Source: Bdellovibrionales bacterium (GTDB lineage: Bacteria; Bdellovibrionota; UBA1018). Taken from it: a DNA stretch of 32,000 nucleotides. Location: positions 151,758-183,757 of the forward strand of contig JAFEAP010000023.1 of assembly GCA_018266355.1 (NCBI GenBank), given 5' to 3'. A program made the translations under genes and the position numbers. The notes below the pieces were generated by a model. It was given only the letters and a program-made list of their open reading frames with translations, was not told where the DNA came from and did not search any database. Below, piece by piece: positions 30,999-32,000 of the stretch; the stretch's first letter is position 1; every line of letters begins with the position of its first letter.

Positions 30999-31832
30999 AT
31001 GGGTCTTCGAATTAATACGAACGTGCAGTCTCTCGCAGCTCAACGTTCCTTGAGCGTGAACGGCAACAACCAGAAGCTGAATCTTGAACACTTGTCTTCG
31101 GGTTCGCGGATCGTCCGCGCGGCGGACGACGCCGCCGGCCTCGCGATTTCCGAAAAGATGAAGTCGCACATCCGGTCCCTCGGCCAGGATATGCGCAACG
31201 CCAACGACGGGATCTCGATGATCCAAACGGCTGAAGGCGCGATGAACGAGACGGGGAACATCCTCACTCGTTTCCGCGAGCTTTCGATCCAAGCCGCTTC
31301 GGACACCATCGGCGATACCGAACGCGGTTTCATCGATAAGGAAGTCCAACAGCTCGGCGCGGAAATCGACCGCATCGCGAAATCGACCGAATACAACGGT
31401 CGCAAACTTCTCTCCGGAGAAGGCGATATGCTCGAAATCCAAGTCGGTCTGAAGAACGACAAGGTTCTCGACCGTTTCCAATACGACGTGGCGAAGGTGA
31501 ATTCGACCGCGGAAGCCCTCGGCGTGGCCGGTATGACCGTCGCGACGAAGGAAGAAGCGCAGAACAACCTCGACAAGATCGACAAGGCGATCACGACGCT
31601 TTCCGGAAACCGCGCCGAAATGGGCGCTCTCCAGAATCGTCTCCAGTCTTCGATCAACAACATGCAGATCTATAACGAGAACCTCTCGGCTGGTAACAGC
31701 CGGATTCGCGATATCGATGTTGCGTCGGAAACTGCGGAACTCACGAAGAACAACATCCTCACCCAAGCAACGACGTCGGTCCTCGGTCAAGCGAACCAGA
31801 ACTCGATGCTCGCCCTGAAGCTCCTCGGATAA
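30999..31832 (+). CDS. fliC: Flagellin (short form, D0/D1 only)
   Basis: 277 aa. N-terminus MGLRINTNVQSLAAQRSLS...LSSGSRIVRAADDAAGLAISEKM...NANDGISMIQTAEGAM. C-terminus RAEMGALQNRLQSSINNM...IRDIDVASETAELTKNNILTQATTSVLGQANQNSMLALKLLG. GGAGG Shine-Dalgarno upstream. Confidence 0.93.
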   Translation: MGLRINTNVQSLAAQRSLSVNGNNQKLNLEHLSSGSRIVRAADDAAGLAISEKMKSHIRSLGQDMRNANDGISMIQTAEGAMNETGNILTRFRELSIQAASDTIGDTERGFIDKEVQQLGAEIDRIAKSTEYNGRKLLSGEGDMLEIQVGLKNDKVLDRFQYDVAKVNSTAEALGVAGMTVATKEEAQNNLDKIDKAITTLSGNRAEMGALQNRLQSSINNMQIYNENLSAGNSRIRDIDVASETAELTKNNILTQATTSVLGQANQNSMLALKLLG

Positions 31833-31882
31833 TCTCCGGGTAGTTAAGGATCACGAGATCGAGTTGCCGAAGTCCGTTGTAA

Positions 31883-31909
31883 GGGAGTCGGGCCGTTCGT
31901 CCGGCTCCC
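31883..31909 (+). terminator. Possible fliC terminator hairpin (no U-tract)
   Basis: GGGAGTCGG-GCCGTTCGT-CCGGCTCCC: 9-bp stem including one G-U pair, about 50 nt after the fliC stop. A second 7-bp hairpin, CCCGCGA...TCGCGGG, lies at 31921-31946. Neither is followed by a T-run. Confidence 0.25.
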
Positions 31910-32000
31910 TGGGCAACCGACCCGCGAATCGAAAGTCCCTCGCGGGTCGATAAGAGGCTCTTCAGTATCCACCAGGGAGGGGGATCCGGTTGTTTTCCCG

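Noticed and set aside
30693-31790. 365-aa minus-strand ORF opposite fliC, and the 75-aa ORF 30788..31015
   Set aside because: The flagellin frame is unmistakable. The antisense ORF has no motifs. The 75-aa ORF lies in the leader and runs into the fliC start in another frame.
1-32000. CRISPR arrays, tandem repeats, rRNA/tRNA genes, transposases, toxin-antitoxin pairs
   Set aside because: I scanned the intergenic regions (all under 420 bp) and saw no spaced direct repeats, cloverleaf-compatible sequences or IS-like ORFs.

Overview
High-GC bacterial chromosomal segment: hand counts of sample lines give about 60% GC or more. A roughly 3.2 kb stretch at about 3.3-6.5 kb drops to about 40% GC. The gene content suggests a Bdellovibrionota-like organism (inference only). 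This rests on a short 277-aa flagellin, MotA/MotB, an MJ0042-type zinc-ribbon protein, many lipoproteins and a GH46 lipoprotein. I support about 31 protein-coding genes. Most of the long ORFs opposite them in the supplied track are Arg/Pro/Asp/Glu-rich shadow ORFs typical of high-GC DNA. Ordinary content: GNAT acetyltransferase, EamA transporter, trmFO, a Xer-type tyrosine recombinase, DedA, an M14 peptidase lipoprotein, a MeaB-type GTPase and fliC. Three regions are not ordinary. (1) 13.1-19.5 kb holds six tightly coupled minus-strand genes. They encode an outer-membrane barrel, a TPR lipoprotein, a 790-aa membrane-anchored protein (exported FliF/SctJ-like modules fused to a full FliG-like cytoplasmic domain), a small cNMP-binding protein, MotA and MotB. 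No other flagellar structural genes are nearby. This is my best candidate for an undescribed stator-driven trans-envelope machine. (2) 20.8-29.5 kb holds a 9-10 gene minus-strand operon. It encodes a YdjI-like SPFH protein with a SHOCT tail, two zinc-ribbon DUF4178 paralogs, a 45-aa TM peptide, DUF350, a 7-TM spermidine-synthase-like enzyme, a Tat-exported FAD amine-oxidase-like protein, an unassigned His-rich polytopic membrane protein and an M48 protease. I read it as a PspA-less membrane-stress/polyamine module. (3) The low-GC island carries a large metzincin whose own signal peptide is cut off by one in-frame TAA, plus a GspG-fold protein lacking a prepilin leader. I saw no rRNA, tRNA, CRISPR array, transposase or phage genes. 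All domain calls come from reading motifs by eye, and no database search was run.
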